From assembly GCA_963666525.1 (NCBI GenBank), contig OY762905.1, positions 1,483,331-1,515,330 of the forward strand: DNA of 32,000 bases. Reading direction: 5' to 3'. This DNA is from an uncultured Cohaesibacter sp. (GTDB lineage: Bacteria; Pseudomonadota; Alphaproteobacteria; Rhizobiales; Cohaesibacteraceae). The notes beneath the pieces were generated by a model. That model saw only the letters and a list, made by a program, of their open reading frames with translations. It was not told the DNA's origin and did no database searches. The position numbers and the translations under genes were made by a program. This document shows, in pieces, positions 1 through 8,854 of the stretch; positions within the stretch are counted from its first letter, which is position 1; the number at the start of each line of letters is the position of its first letter.

Positions 1-1281
1 GTCAGCGGCTCTGCCGACAAGGCTCTGGTCGACCAGCTGTCCGGCTATCCAAAGGCTCTGGGCATGTCCTCTGCCGTCATGGTCGTCATGGCCTTTCTGC
101 CCGGCATGCCACTGATCCCGTTCATGACACTTGGCGTTGGCGCAGGCTATCTCTCCTACAAGGCCAGCCAGAAGCACAAGCGCCAAGCGCTGCAGAAGGT
201 TATCGAAGAGAAACAGCAGGAACTGCGAGAGGCAGCTCCGCCCAAGGAAGAGCCGATCAGCGCTGTGCTCAAGATGGACGAACTGCGCCTCGAGCTTGGT
301 TATGGTCTCATCAGCATGGCCAGCGGCAATGCCTCGCAGGCCCTGACCGACCAGATCAAGGCGCTGCGCCGTCAGCTCGCCTCCGAGATGGGCTTCATCA
401 TGCCAGCAGTCCGCATCATGGACAATGTCCAACTACAGGCCAACGACTACATTCTGAAAGTCAAGGAAGTCGAAGTCGGGCGCGGCGTGGTCTATCCGAA
501 CCAGTTCATGACCATGGACCCGACCGGCACCGACATCACCCTTCCAGGCATCAAGACAACCGAACCGACCTTTGGCCTGCCTGCGGTCTGGATCGATGGA
601 TCCCTGCGCGAGGAAGCAGCCATTCTCGGCCTGACCGTCGTCGACCCAGCCACGGTGATCTCCACCCACCTCACCGAGATCATCAAGGCCAACATGGGCG
701 AGCTGCTCTCCTATGCGGTTGTTCAGGGGCTGCTCGACGAACTGCCGAAAGACCAGAAGAAACTGGTCGACGACATCGTTCCGAACCAGATCACCATTTC
801 CGGCATCCAGCGCGTGTTGCAGAGCCTGCTGGCCGAGCGGATTTCCATTCGCGATCTGTCGGCCATTCTGGAAGGCATCGCCGACGCCTCCGGCTTCACC
901 CGCTCCATCCAGACCATGACGGAGCATGTGCGCCGCCGTCTTGCCCTGCAGATCTGCGCCAGCCATCAGGCTCCGGGCGGCTATCTGCCGATCCTGACCA
1001 TGTCGCCAAAATGGGAGCGGGAATTCTCCAGCGCCCTCATTGGCGAGGGCGACGAGAGGCAACTGGCGATGGCCCCCAGCAAGCTGCAGGAGTTCGTTGG
1101 CCTCGTGCGGGACGGCTATGAAGACGCTGCCCAGATGGGGGAAATCCCGGTGCTGTTAACCTCTCCACTGATCCGCCCCTATGTCCGCTCAATCATCGAG
1201 CGGTTCCGGGCCCACACGACGGTTCTCAGCCAGAATGAGATCCACACGCGGGTTCGCCTTAAGACAGTTGGCTCAATTTGA
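1..1281 (+). CDS. flhA: Flagellar type III export apparatus protein FlhA, C-terminal ~426 codons (5' end lies outside the window)
   Basis: Frame 1 is open from nt 1 (VSGSADKALVDQLSGYPKALG...), so the listed ATG at 64 is internal. The translation shows the last FlhA membrane segment (VMVVMAFLPGMPLIPF), the linker and the cytoplasmic FlhA ring domain (ELGYGLI, RQLASEMGFIMPAVRIMDN, PTFGLPAVWI, VVDPATVISTHLTEIIK). Stop TGA at 1279-1281. Confidence 0.93.
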   Translation, partial: VSGSADKALVDQLSGYPKALGMSSAVMVVMAFLPGMPLIPFMTLGVGAGYLSYKASQKHKRQALQKVIEEKQQELREAAPPKEEPISAVLKMDELRLELGYGLISMASGNASQALTDQIKALRRQLASEMGFIMPAVRIMDNVQLQANDYILKVKEVEVGRGVVYPNQFMTMDPTGTDITLPGIKTTEPTFGLPAVWIDGSLREEAAILGLTVVDPATVISTHLTEIIKANMGELLSYAVVQGLLDELPKDQKKLVDDIVPNQITISGIQRVLQSLLAERISIRDLSAILEGIADASGFTRSIQTMTEHVRRRLALQICASHQAPGGYLPILTMSPKWEREFSSALIGEGDERQLAMAPSKLQEFVGLVRDGYEDAAQMGEIPVLLTSPLIRPYVRSIIERFRAHTTVLSQNEIHTRVRLKTVGSI

Positions 1282-1290
1282 TACACCCGT

Positions 1291-1329
1291 GCAAAATGCC
1301 CGCTCACAAGGCGGGCCTTCTGCATTTTG
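1291..1329. terminator. Bidirectional intrinsic terminator between convergent flhA and the PqiA-like gene
   Basis: GC stem GCCCGC(1298-1303)/GCGGGC(1311-1316) with a 7-nt loop, flanked by CAAAATG...CATTTTG arms. This gives a short U-tract on either strand. Confidence 0.55.
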
Positions 1330-1378
1330 GCCGGTTAACAAACCACGCCGAAAAGTAACGATTGGGGCCGTTTGAAGG

Positions 1379-1819
1379 CTATTTTCGCACCATGACCGAG
1401 GCCAGAACCGAGGCCAGTGTCGCCGTGGCGTAGAACCAGATCCCCGGCATTGCCGAGGCGGTTGCCAGACCGCTGGTCTTGGCCGAAAAGATCACCAGCG
1501 CAACCAGCAGCACATCCATCATCGACCATTTGCTCGCAACCGACAGCAGAGCCAGCGAGCGCGACTTCTTGCCCCGATAGACTGCAATATGCAACAGCAG
1601 GATCTTGGCCGCAGGCAGCAACACAGAGAAGGCAATGATGATCAGCGCCAGCACCGTCTCCCCCTGTTCCCAGAGCCCCATGATGATGGTCCTGAGCGAA
1701 GGAGTCTCCGTGAAGAACAGCAGCTTGTCCAGCGACACCAGCGGCAGGGTGATGCCCAGACCGAAGGAAAAGGCGGCAACAGCCAGAAGAATGGGCAGGA
1801 GAATGGAAGACAACGGCAC
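1379..1819 (-). CDS. Small PqiA-family (paraquat-inducible protein A-like) integral membrane protein, single domain
   Basis: 146-aa ORF (GTG start) with about four hydrophobic spans and the PqiA-type signature ...LPAAKILLL...ASKWSMMDVLLVALVIF. No pqiB/pqiC partner is present in the window. Confidence 0.7.
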   Translation of the reverse strand: MPLSSILLPILLAVAAFSFGLGITLPLVSLDKLLFFTETPSLRTIIMGLWEQGETVLALIIIAFSVLLPAAKILLLHIAVYRGKKSRSLALLSVASKWSMMDVLLVALVIFSAKTSGLATASAMPGIWFYATATLASVLASVMVRK

Positions 1820-1869
1820 GCCCTCGACAAATGCGCATGATGGATACGACGAAAACTCGATCGCTACCC

Positions 1870-2415
1870 TTATACAAGCGCAGCGATCTCTTCGGCCAGC
1901 TCTTTCACCTGATCCCAGTCCGTAAATTCTATCGTCACGGTCGGATCAGTCGGCCCCTTGGTCATCCGCATGATGAGACGGATCATGAAGCGGTCAAAGG
2001 CGCGATATCTCGGATAATCCAGCTTTCCGGCTATGGCCCTGACCAACACGGGCGATAACGGATGCCGCTCGACCCATTTGCGCAGATAGACGCTGTTCTC
2101 GATGACCCGCTTGTGCGGCTTGCGCGCCGTCAGATTGACCGACAACATGGCAAGCGGCTTTTCCAGAAGCCTGCCCTTGAAGTACCTCAGAAAGCGCTCT
2201 GCGGGCTTGAGATGGTGCCCATAGCGGATGGCAGCCAGCATGATGACAAGGTCAGCAGCGTCCACCTCGGGCGCCAATCTGGACAGATCGGGATGACTGG
2301 CCAGATCAACCTGCGCGATCTCCAGCCCCAGCGCTTGCAAATGTCCGGAAAGGATGGTGGCGATTTTTTCGGTCTGCCCGTCGTGGCTGACGAAAAAAAG
2401 TGCGATCTTGGCCAT
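1870..2415 (-). CDS. hemG: Menaquinone-dependent protoporphyrinogen IX dehydrogenase (flavodoxin-like HemG)
   Basis: 181 aa. N-terminal flavodoxin motif IALFFVSHDGQTEKIA, then AAIRYGHH, SVNLTARKP and the HemG-specific loop DYPRYRAFDRFMIRLIMRMTKG. It appears colinear with my recalled E. coli HemG sequence. Confidence 0.85.
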   Translation of the reverse strand: MAKIALFFVSHDGQTEKIATILSGHLQALGLEIAQVDLASHPDLSRLAPEVDAADLVIMLAAIRYGHHLKPAERFLRYFKGRLLEKPLAMLSVNLTARKPHKRVIENSVYLRKWVERHPLSPVLVRAIAGKLDYPRYRAFDRFMIRLIMRMTKGPTDPTVTIEFTDWDQVKELAEEIAALV

Positions 2416-2626
2416 GGAGAAACAGCTGCCTTTTAAGTCAATGCTTTGTCAGCCTTACTCGAAAAAGCAGCAAGAGGCCACCGGTCGCGGCGCTATTTGT
2501 TCGATAATCACAAATAGGCGCCGGATTCGCCATCGCTTCGATGGACAAATCCGGAAAAGGAGTATGCACGAACCAAAGGCTGGTCGGGCGACCAGCTCTC
2601 GGGATTCCTGTAAACAGATAGAGACC

Positions 2627-3040
2627 CTAGCGGCCGCGACGATGGCCGATCATGGCGAAATCATCCAGCTCGTCCTGCTCGGCCTGTTCCCGGGCGGCCT
2701 GTTCGCGCTGATGATCGCGTTCTTCCAGCATTTCGACCTTCTTCATGTCAGCCACGGCTTCGCGCAACTGATCCTGCGCCCGCTCTAGCTGCTCATTCAG
2801 GTCATCGATGGAAACCTGCAGGTTTTCCTTGCGCTGCATGGCCGCCTTCGCGAAGGTCGGATAGGCAAAATGACCGATGTCGCTGATGCCCGCCTTCTCT
2901 TCCTCGATGGCAATCTGCGCATCGAGATCGCGGATCATGCCCTCGAACTCGGTGACCATCAATTCGATCTGACCAACCTGACGGCGCTTTTCGTCGACTT
3001 GAAAGCGTTTCAGACGGATAAGACTCTCACGTGACTTCAT
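2627..3040 (-). CDS. fliJ: Flagellar export chaperone/stalk protein FliJ (alphaproteobacterial type)
   Basis: 137-aa highly charged coiled-coil protein starting MKSRESLIRLKRFQVDEKRR..., located 13 nt downstream of fliI. This is the typical fliI-fliJ pairing. Confidence 0.8.
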   Translation of the reverse strand: MKSRESLIRLKRFQVDEKRRQVGQIELMVTEFEGMIRDLDAQIAIEEEKAGISDIGHFAYPTFAKAAMQRKENLQVSIDDLNEQLERAQDQLREAVADMKKVEMLEERDHQREQAAREQAEQDELDDFAMIGHRRGR

Positions 3041-3053
3041 TACTCAATACTCC

Positions 3054-4394
3054 TTAAAGCCCCGAATTGCCCTTAACGGTCCGCGCCCCAAGAATGGATT
3101 GCAAGCCCTGATATCCCTCTTCAATGCTGGTAGCCTCCCCCTTGTTTTGCGTCAGGAAGGTTTCCAGGGGTTCATGAAGAGCGATGGCCAAATCCACATT
3201 TGGATCGCTTCCCTGTTTGTAGGCCCCCAGACGGATCAACTCTTCCATATCCGAATAGGTCGCCATATATTGCCGAGCCTTCAACACATCTTGCCAATAG
3301 GCCGGATCGGCAGCTTTGGGGAGTGTACGCGAAACAGATTTCAAAATGTTTATCGCCGGGTACCTTCCCCTCTCAGCAATGGCCCTTTCCATAACGATAT
3401 GTCCATCCAGAATACCACGAACAGCATCCGCTACGGGCTCATTGTGATTATCACCTTCCACCAAAACAGTAAAAAGACCGGTAACGGCACCTTCATTTTT
3501 TTCGCCGGGCCCCGCTCTTTCCAGCAATTTGGGCAATTCTGCAAAAACTGTGGGTGTATAACCCTTGGAAGTCGGCGGCTCGCCTGCGGCCAGCCCGATC
3601 TCGCGCTGAGCCTGAGCAAAGCGGGTGACCGAGTCCATCATGCACAGAACCTGCTTGCCCTGCTTGCGGAAGAACTCGGAGAGTGCCAGCGTCAGATAGG
3701 CCGCCTGGCGTCGCATCAGCGCCATCTCATCCGACGTGGCGACCACAACGATGGAGCGCTTGAGGCCCTCCTCCCCAAGATCATCCTCGACAAATTCCTG
3801 AACCTCGCGGCCACGTTCCCCGATGAGACCGATAATGTTGACCTCAGAGCTGGCATTCCGCGCCAACATCGACAGCAGCACTGACTTGCCGACGCCGGAT
3901 CCGGCGAAAATACCCATTCTCTGGCCCTCACAGAGGGTTATGAAGGTGTTGAGCGCCCTCACCCCAAGATCCATTGGCCCACCCACGCGCATGCGCTTGT
4001 GCGCCGCTGGCGGCTTTCCCCTGAGATGGACGGAATCGTGACCACGCGACAACGGCCCCTTGCCATCGATCGGTTCACCAAAGGCGTTGATCATACGGCC
4101 GAGCCATTCCTTTGTAGGCCGGATCGCCACCGGACCATGCAATTCAGCCCGGCAGCCCAGACGCACCCCTTCCAGATCGGAAAAGGGCAAGCAAAGGGCC
4201 CGGTCGGAGGAAAACCCGACCACCTCGCATTTGATCGGTTCGCGCCCTTCTGCATGAATCGACAGCATCGACCCGACGCTCATTTCGAAAAGCGGCCCTG
4301 CCACCTCAACCAGATGGCCCTGAATCGACGCTACCAGGCCAAACGCGTGGCGGGGTGTAATGTCATCCAGCTTGCTGATCAGTTCCTGTACCAT
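3054..4394 (-). CDS. fliI: Flagellum-specific ATPase FliI
   Basis: Walker [11 protein letters not shown], Walker B-like [26 protein letters not shown] and F1/T3SS ATPase C-terminal motifs. ATG at 4394 has AAAGG 7 nt upstream. The ORF track extends to an in-frame TTG at 4400, which is an alternative start. Confidence 0.95.
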   Translation of the reverse strand: MVQELISKLDDITPRHAFGLVASIQGHLVEVAGPLFEMSVGSMLSIHAEGREPIKCEVVGFSSDRALCLPFSDLEGVRLGCRAELHGPVAIRPTKEWLGRMINAFGEPIDGKGPLSRGHDSVHLRGKPPAAHKRMRVGGPMDLGVRALNTFITLCEGQRMGIFAGSGVGKSVLLSMLARNASSEVNIIGLIGERGREVQEFVEDDLGEEGLKRSIVVVATSDEMALMRRQAAYLTLALSEFFRKQGKQVLCMMDSVTRFAQAQREIGLAAGEPPTSKGYTPTVFAELPKLLERAGPGEKNEGAVTGLFTVLVEGDNHNEPVADAVRGILDGHIVMERAIAERGRYPAINILKSVSRTLPKAADPAYWQDVLKARQYMATYSDMEELIRLGAYKQGSDPNVDLAIALHEPLETFLTQNKGEATSIEEGYQGLQSILGARTVKGNSGL

Positions 4395-4654
4395 TGCCAA
4401 GCCTTTAATAATTCTTTTCCATGGTAATGATTCGTTTACCCGATTGGTTAATTATTATCTCCAATGGGTTTGCTAGGGAAATTCTTCCTAGTAGGTCGAA
4501 ACTGACTCTGGCGAATACGGAGTGACACTTAATATTTTTTATTAATGTGAAACTTTACGTCAGGTACTGGGAACAATTTTCCTAGAATTCAATGGGATAT
4601 CACTTTTCTTTGTGAAGTTCCAACCCAAGACTTGCATAGTGGAATCAGTATTTG

Positions 4655-4662
4655 TTAACCAT
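4655..4662 (+). promoter_or_regulatory. TTAACCAT, an exact match to the CtrA half-site 8-mer, about 100 nt upstream of the ctrA ATG
   Basis: Exact TTAACCAT read at 4655-4662 in the AT-rich fliI/ctrA divergent gap. The same gap contains four GANTC (CcrM-type) sites at 4429, 4504, 4642 and 4678. Confidence 0.4.
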
Positions 4663-4761
4663 TATGTACTAGCCTTGGAATCTGGGTTAAAATTTGGTTC
4701 TTGTCGGCTGCGACCCTGCAGATTGCTCCGAGCCCAGAATAGGCAAACAAAGAGGATTGGC

Positions 4762-5463
4762 ATGCGCGTTTTGCTAATTGAGGACGACGGCGCCACAGCA
4801 CAGAGCATCGAGTTGATGCTCAAGTCTGAAAGCTTCAATGTCTACACAACCGATCTCGGTGAAGAAGGCATTGACCTTGGTAAGCTGTACGACTACGACA
4901 TAATTCTACTGGACCTGAACCTGCCGGATATGAGCGGTTATGAGGTGCTTCGCACCCTGCGCGTATCCAAGGTCAAGACTCCGATCCTGATTCTCTCCGG
5001 TCTGGCCGGTATCGAGGACAAGGTGCGCGGTCTTGGTTTCGGTGCAGATGACTACATGACCAAGCCATTCCACAAGGATGAGCTGGTTGCCCGCATTCAT
5101 GCGATTGTACGTCGCTCCAAGGGTCATGCACAGTCCGTGATCTCCACTGGAGAACTGACCGTCAACCTCGACACCAAGACTGTCGAAGTTCAGGGCCAGC
5201 GCGTACATCTGACGGGCAAGGAATATCAGATGCTCGAGCTTCTGAGCCTGCGCAAGGGTACCACCCTGACCAAGGAGATGTTCCTGAACCATCTCTATGG
5301 CGGTATGGATGAACCGGAATTGAAGATCATTGACGTGTTCATCTGCAAGCTGCGCAAAAAGCTCGCAACGGCCACTGGCGGCCGGAACTATATCGAAACC
5401 GTCTGGGGCCGCGGCTATGTTCTGCGTGAACCGGATGAAGAGGGTATGAGAGAAAGCGCCTGA
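4762..5463 (+). CDS. ctrA: Cell-cycle master response regulator CtrA (OmpR family)
   Basis: MRVLLIEDD...[19 protein letters not shown] (phospho-acceptor Asp51)...[17 protein letters not shown]...winged helix [49 protein letters not shown]...[13 protein letters not shown]. This appears nearly identical to the rhizobial/Brucella CtrA as I recall it. AAGAGGA lies 6-7 nt upstream of the ATG at 4762. The ORF-track start at 4612 is an artefactual upstream extension. Confidence 0.97.
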   Translation: MRVLLIEDDGATAQSIELMLKSESFNVYTTDLGEEGIDLGKLYDYDIILLDLNLPDMSGYEVLRTLRVSKVKTPILILSGLAGIEDKVRGLGFGADDYMTKPFHKDELVARIHAIVRRSKGHAQSVISTGELTVNLDTKTVEVQGQRVHLTGKEYQMLELLSLRKGTTLTKEMFLNHLYGGMDEPELKIIDVFICKLRKKLATATGGRNYIETVWGRGYVLREPDEEGMRESA

Positions 5464-5543
5464 AAAGTTACAGACGACTGACCGGGCAAGGCCGCCAAAT
5501 GCCGGGCTGAGCGTCAGTTTTGCAAAAATTCCGTCCTCTTTAG

Positions 5544-5576
5544 AAAAAGCCGCCTTACTCAAGGCGGCTTTTTCTT
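5544..5576 (+). terminator. Intrinsic terminator of ctrA
   Basis: AAAAAGCCGCCTT-ACTC-AAGGCGGCTTTTT, a perfect 13-bp stem followed by a T-run. Confidence 0.85.
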
Positions 5577-5649
5577 ATGCCCTTCGAAGACTCACTCCAA
5601 CACGGCCACGGATAACACCCCGCAAGCGCCCCCTGGTAGCACAAGACAT

Positions 5650-5684
5650 CAAAAGAAAAGCCACCCCGCTGCGGAGTGGCTTTC
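5650..5684 (-). terminator. Intrinsic terminator of the che operon (after cheR)
   Basis: On the minus strand: GCCACTCC...GGGGTGGC stem followed by TTTTCTTTT, about 35 nt after the cheR stop. Confidence 0.7.
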
Positions 5685-5717
5685 GATTGCTTGACTTTAT
5701 CAACTCGCTGTCTGGCG

Positions 5718-6686
5718 CTACTTGCGACCACCAGGAATGGTTGATAGACGCGAAGATGCAAAAACGGAAGGCTTGGCAGCCGTCGGGGAAGCCCCCAGGG
5801 CGCGAGCGCCAAAAGCACTCTCCCCCACAGCGATCCGTGGCGTTGCAATAGTAGGAGTAGCTTTGGTGTCAGCTGCGCCACGGGCGTTGCCATAAAGACC
5901 GCGCTTGCCGGGAACCGCCTGAAACGCCGTTGTCAGTCCGACAACGGTTTCCGCCGCGCCAAGCAACAAATAGCCATCATCCGGCATCTGCTTGGACAAC
6001 CGCTGCATGATATCGGTCTTTGTTGCCTGATCGAAATAGATCAGCACGTTGCGACAGAAGATCACATCGAACTGGCCGAGCGCAGCAAAGCTTTCCAGCA
6101 GATTGAACTGCTTGTAGGTCACCATGGCCCTGATTTCCGGCGCAATCTGCCACATCTCACCATGCTGGGTGAAATATTTCAGCAGCAGCTGAACCGGCAA
6201 GCCACGCTGTACCTCGAACTGGCTGTAAAAGCCGGCCTTGGCCTTGTCGAGCACTTCGTTGGAAATGTCTGTTGCCAAAATTTCGAAGCTCAGCCCGCCG
6301 AGCTTGGAAGCATTTTCCTTGAGGCTCATCGCCAGAGAATAGGGCTCCTGACCGGTCGAAGCGGCCGCACACCAGATGCGCACCCTGCCCCGTTTCCGGG
6401 TTTCCAGCAAATGTGGAATGATCGTGTCGGTAAAATGCTCAAACGGCGTCTTATCTCGGAAGAAGAAGGACTCGTTGGTCGTCATTGCTTCTACGACAGC
6501 AGTCTGCAAGGTCCGGTCGCCGAAGCCTCGCAGCTTGCCGATCAGATCTCCAATTGATTGCAGGCCAGCCTTGCGAGCAATCGGCATCAGGCGGCTTTCG
6601 ATCAGATACTGCTTGTCATTCGAGAGCACCAGACCCGATTTTTCTTTCAGGAACCCCTGCAAGAATGCATAATCCTGTGGCGTCAT
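5718..6686 (-). CDS. cheR: Chemotaxis protein methyltransferase CheR, with an Ala/Pro/Thr-rich C-terminal tail of ~45 aa
   Basis: N-terminal CheR helical domain (DYAFLQGFLKEKSGLVL...YLIESRL), SAM-binding core (RIWCAAASTGQEPYSLAM, IFCRNVLIYFD). The start ATG overlaps the cheB stop (TAATG). Confidence 0.93.
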   Translation of the reverse strand: MTPQDYAFLQGFLKEKSGLVLSNDKQYLIESRLMPIARKAGLQSIGDLIGKLRGFGDRTLQTAVVEAMTTNESFFFRDKTPFEHFTDTIIPHLLETRKRGRVRIWCAAASTGQEPYSLAMSLKENASKLGGLSFEILATDISNEVLDKAKAGFYSQFEVQRGLPVQLLLKYFTQHGEMWQIAPEIRAMVTYKQFNLLESFAALGQFDVIFCRNVLIYFDQATKTDIMQRLSKQMPDDGYLLLGAAETVVGLTTAFQAVPGKRGLYGNARGAADTKATPTIATPRIAVGESAFGARALGASPTAAKPSVFASSRLSTIPGGRK

Positions 6687-7936
6687 TACCGCTCCCCTCT
6701 AAAAATACGCATAACCTTGGAGCCTATTTGATTGAGTGGAATGACAGCGGCACATACACCAGCCTGAGCGGCAGCACCCGGCATACCCCAAACAACACTG
6801 CTTGCTTCATCCTGTGCTATGATGCTTCCCCCGGCATCGACAATATGCCGGGCACCATTGGCACCATCATGCCCCATGCCAGTCAGGATCACGCCCAGAG
6901 AGGCGGCTCCATAAACCTGGGCAGCGCTCTCGAAAAACGGGTCCACTGCAGGCTTGCAGAAATTCACCGGCGGGCCATCAGTCAGCTTGATGACGGCCTG
7001 ACCTGCCTGTTTCACCAGTTCCATGTGTTTGCCGCCAGGAGCGACATAAATATGCCCATTCTGCACGATCTCACCATCCTGTCCTTCCGCAGCCGGCATG
7101 CCGGATGCTCTGGCCAGATGGTCGGCAAGAATGGCAGTGAAGGTCGCAGGCATGTGCTGAGTGATCAGGATCGGCGCCGAACGCATTTGTGGGCCGATTT
7201 CCTGCAACAGTTTCTCGAGCGCCTGAGGTCCGCCGGTAGAGCTGCCGATCAGCAGCGCGCGTGGGCGGGCAGATCCCAGCTTGCGCAAGGTAATGCCGTT
7301 GGGCCCAGCAATGGAACCTGCAGGAAGCGGAGCTGCAGGAACAGCGGCCACGCGACCGGTCGGACCATCAGCAGCCAATGCCTGACGGCTTTGCTGAATA
7401 CGGGACGTCGGCATGGCACCAGGTCGGGTACCGATACCCGCAGCTGCGCGGGATGCACGAAACTGCGAAGGGCCGTCATCTCCAACCCCGCCGAGACCCT
7501 TGATCTTGGCAAGCAGCTCGTTGCGGAATTCGCGGGATGTGGTGATCTGGCTGTTGGATTCGGGTTTGGGAACATAATCCGTTGCCCCGAGGGTCAACGC
7601 CCTAAGGCTGATCTCGGCATTGCGCCGGGTCAGGGTGGAGGCCATCAGGATCTTGGCTTTGGGATAGTTCCGCAGCAGCAACGGCAGAGCCGTAAGCCCG
7701 TCCATGTCGGGCATTTCAATATCCAGAACCACGATGTCGGGCCGGGACTTGGCAATGTCTTCGACAGCCAGACGTCCGTTGCGATGAGACCCCACCAGCT
7801 CAAGGGCAGGGTCTTCGTTGACCCAACGCCCGATCAAGCCCCTGATGACAACCGAGTCATCAACGACCATAACCTTCACCTGCCGTGAAGGAGCGCGAGC
7901 AACAGCAGCCTCTGCGGACATCAAACCCATATTCAC
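6686..7936 (-). CDS. cheB: Protein-glutamate methylesterase/glutaminase CheB (REC plus long linker plus esterase domain)
   Basis: REC domain VMVVDDSVVIRGLI...VVLDIEMPDMDGL, catalytic domain LLIGSSTGGPQALE, GMGHDGA, QDEASSVVWGMPGAA. The start is uncertain: GTG 7936, ATG 7930 or ATG 7921. Confidence 0.92.
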   Translation of the reverse strand: MNMGLMSAEAAVARAPSRQVKVMVVDDSVVIRGLIGRWVNEDPALELVGSHRNGRLAVEDIAKSRPDIVVLDIEMPDMDGLTALPLLLRNYPKAKILMASTLTRRNAEISLRALTLGATDYVPKPESNSQITTSREFRNELLAKIKGLGGVGDDGPSQFRASRAAAGIGTRPGAMPTSRIQQSRQALAADGPTGRVAAVPAAPLPAGSIAGPNGITLRKLGSARPRALLIGSSTGGPQALEKLLQEIGPQMRSAPILITQHMPATFTAILADHLARASGMPAAEGQDGEIVQNGHIYVAPGGKHMELVKQAGQAVIKLTDGPPVNFCKPAVDPFFESAAQVYGAASLGVILTGMGHDGANGARHIVDAGGSIIAQDEASSVVWGMPGAAAQAGVCAAVIPLNQIGSKVMRIFRGER

Positions 7937-7963
7937 AACTCACACAAGAGAGAGAAAAACCGA

Positions 7964-8329
7964 CTAAATCAACCCGACTTCTTGCAGCTTTGCTTCCACA
8001 ATGTCGCGGTCAAACGGCTTCATGATATATTCGTTGGCACCGGCTCGAATGGCCTTGGCGATATGCGCCACGTCATTTTCCGTGGTGCAGAAAATAACCT
8101 TCGGGTTTGCGCCACCTTCCAGCTTGCGAAGCTCCATGAGGAAATCCAGCCCGTCCATGACAGGCATGTTCCAATCGAGCAACACGGCATCAGGCATCTG
8201 GGCCTTGCAGCTTTCAAGAGCCTCTTTGCCATCTTCAGCCTCGGAGATCTCGAAATCGAGATCTTCGAGGATGCGACGGGCAACCTTCCTGATAACACTG
8301 GAGTCATCAACAACCAGACAGGTTTTCAT
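7964..8329 (-). CDS. cheY: Single-domain chemotaxis response regulator CheY
   Basis: MKTCLVVDDSSVIRK...AVLLDWNMPVMDG...YIMKPF. GGAGA lies 8 nt upstream of the ATG at 8329. The ORF track extends to a TTG at 8344. Confidence 0.9.
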   Translation of the reverse strand: MKTCLVVDDSSVIRKVARRILEDLDFEISEAEDGKEALESCKAQMPDAVLLDWNMPVMDGLDFLMELRKLEGGANPKVIFCTTENDVAHIAKAIRAGANEYIMKPFDRDIVEAKLQEVGLI

Positions 8330-8365
8330 ATTCTTCGTCTCCAAAGATACCGAAGGGGTTGGTCA

Positions 8366-8854
8366 CTACGCAGCAACGCTGGTGGTGACCATATCGCCCA
8401 GAACACGGTCTACATCGAGGATAACCATGAGTTCCTTTTCCAAGCGATGCACCCCTGCTGCAACATCAGCCCAGCGATGATCAAGGTTGCTTGGAACGGC
8501 CTCACGGCTCGATTCATTCAAATCAAGAACTTCACCGACACTATCAATGATGAGGCCATAGGACTCTTCCTTGAATTCGATGCCGATCGCCATCATGTTG
8601 CCTTGCTGTTTCAGAGGCTCCAGCCCGAGACGCTTGCGCATGTCGATGGCAGTTACAATGCGGCCACGCAGGTTCAGCACACCGGCGATCTCGACCTGCG
8701 ACAGTGGTACGCGGGTCACTGATTCCGGCACGAACACGTCATGCACGCGGTTGATCGGCAGACCGAACAGCTGACCGGAAATGAAGATGGTCACATACTG
8801 AATGGTCTCGTTGACGCTGTCGTCTTCCTTTTCGGTCGTCAGATGGTTTCTCAT
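8366..8854 (-). CDS. cheW: Chemotaxis coupling protein CheW
   Basis: 162-aa CheW-like domain (YVTIFISGQLFGLPINRVHDV..., GVLNLRGRIVTAIDMRKRLG, GLIIDSVGEVL). The ATG overlaps the cheA stop (ATGA), suggesting translational coupling. Confidence 0.92.
   Translation of the reverse strand: MRNHLTTEKEDDSVNETIQYVTIFISGQLFGLPINRVHDVFVPESVTRVPLSQVEIAGVLNLRGRIVTAIDMRKRLGLEPLKQQGNMMAIGIEFKEESYGLIIDSVGEVLDLNESSREAVPSNLDHRWADVAAGVHRLEKELMVILDVDRVLGDMVTTSVAA

Noticed and set aside
4529-4545. TTAA-N9-TTAA (TTAATATTTTTTATTAA) upstream of ctrA as a full CtrA box
   Set aside because: The spacing is 9 nt rather than the canonical 7. In such AT-rich DNA this is easily chance. Only the TTAACCAT half-site at 4655 is reported.
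4612-4761. 50-codon N-terminal extension of ctrA proposed by the ORF track
   Set aside because: It starts at a GTG in AT-rich promoter DNA. In my recollection CtrA orthologues begin MRVLLIEDD, and a good RBS (AAGAGGA) precedes the ATG at 4762. The extension would overlap the TTAACCAT and GANTC regulatory elements.
6485-7888. 467-aa ORF on the plus strand spanning most of cheB
   Set aside because: It is antisense to an unmistakable CheB. Its translation is Arg/Gly/Ala/Ser-rich low-complexity sequence typical of shadow frames in GC-rich coding DNA. There is no RBS or recognisable motif.
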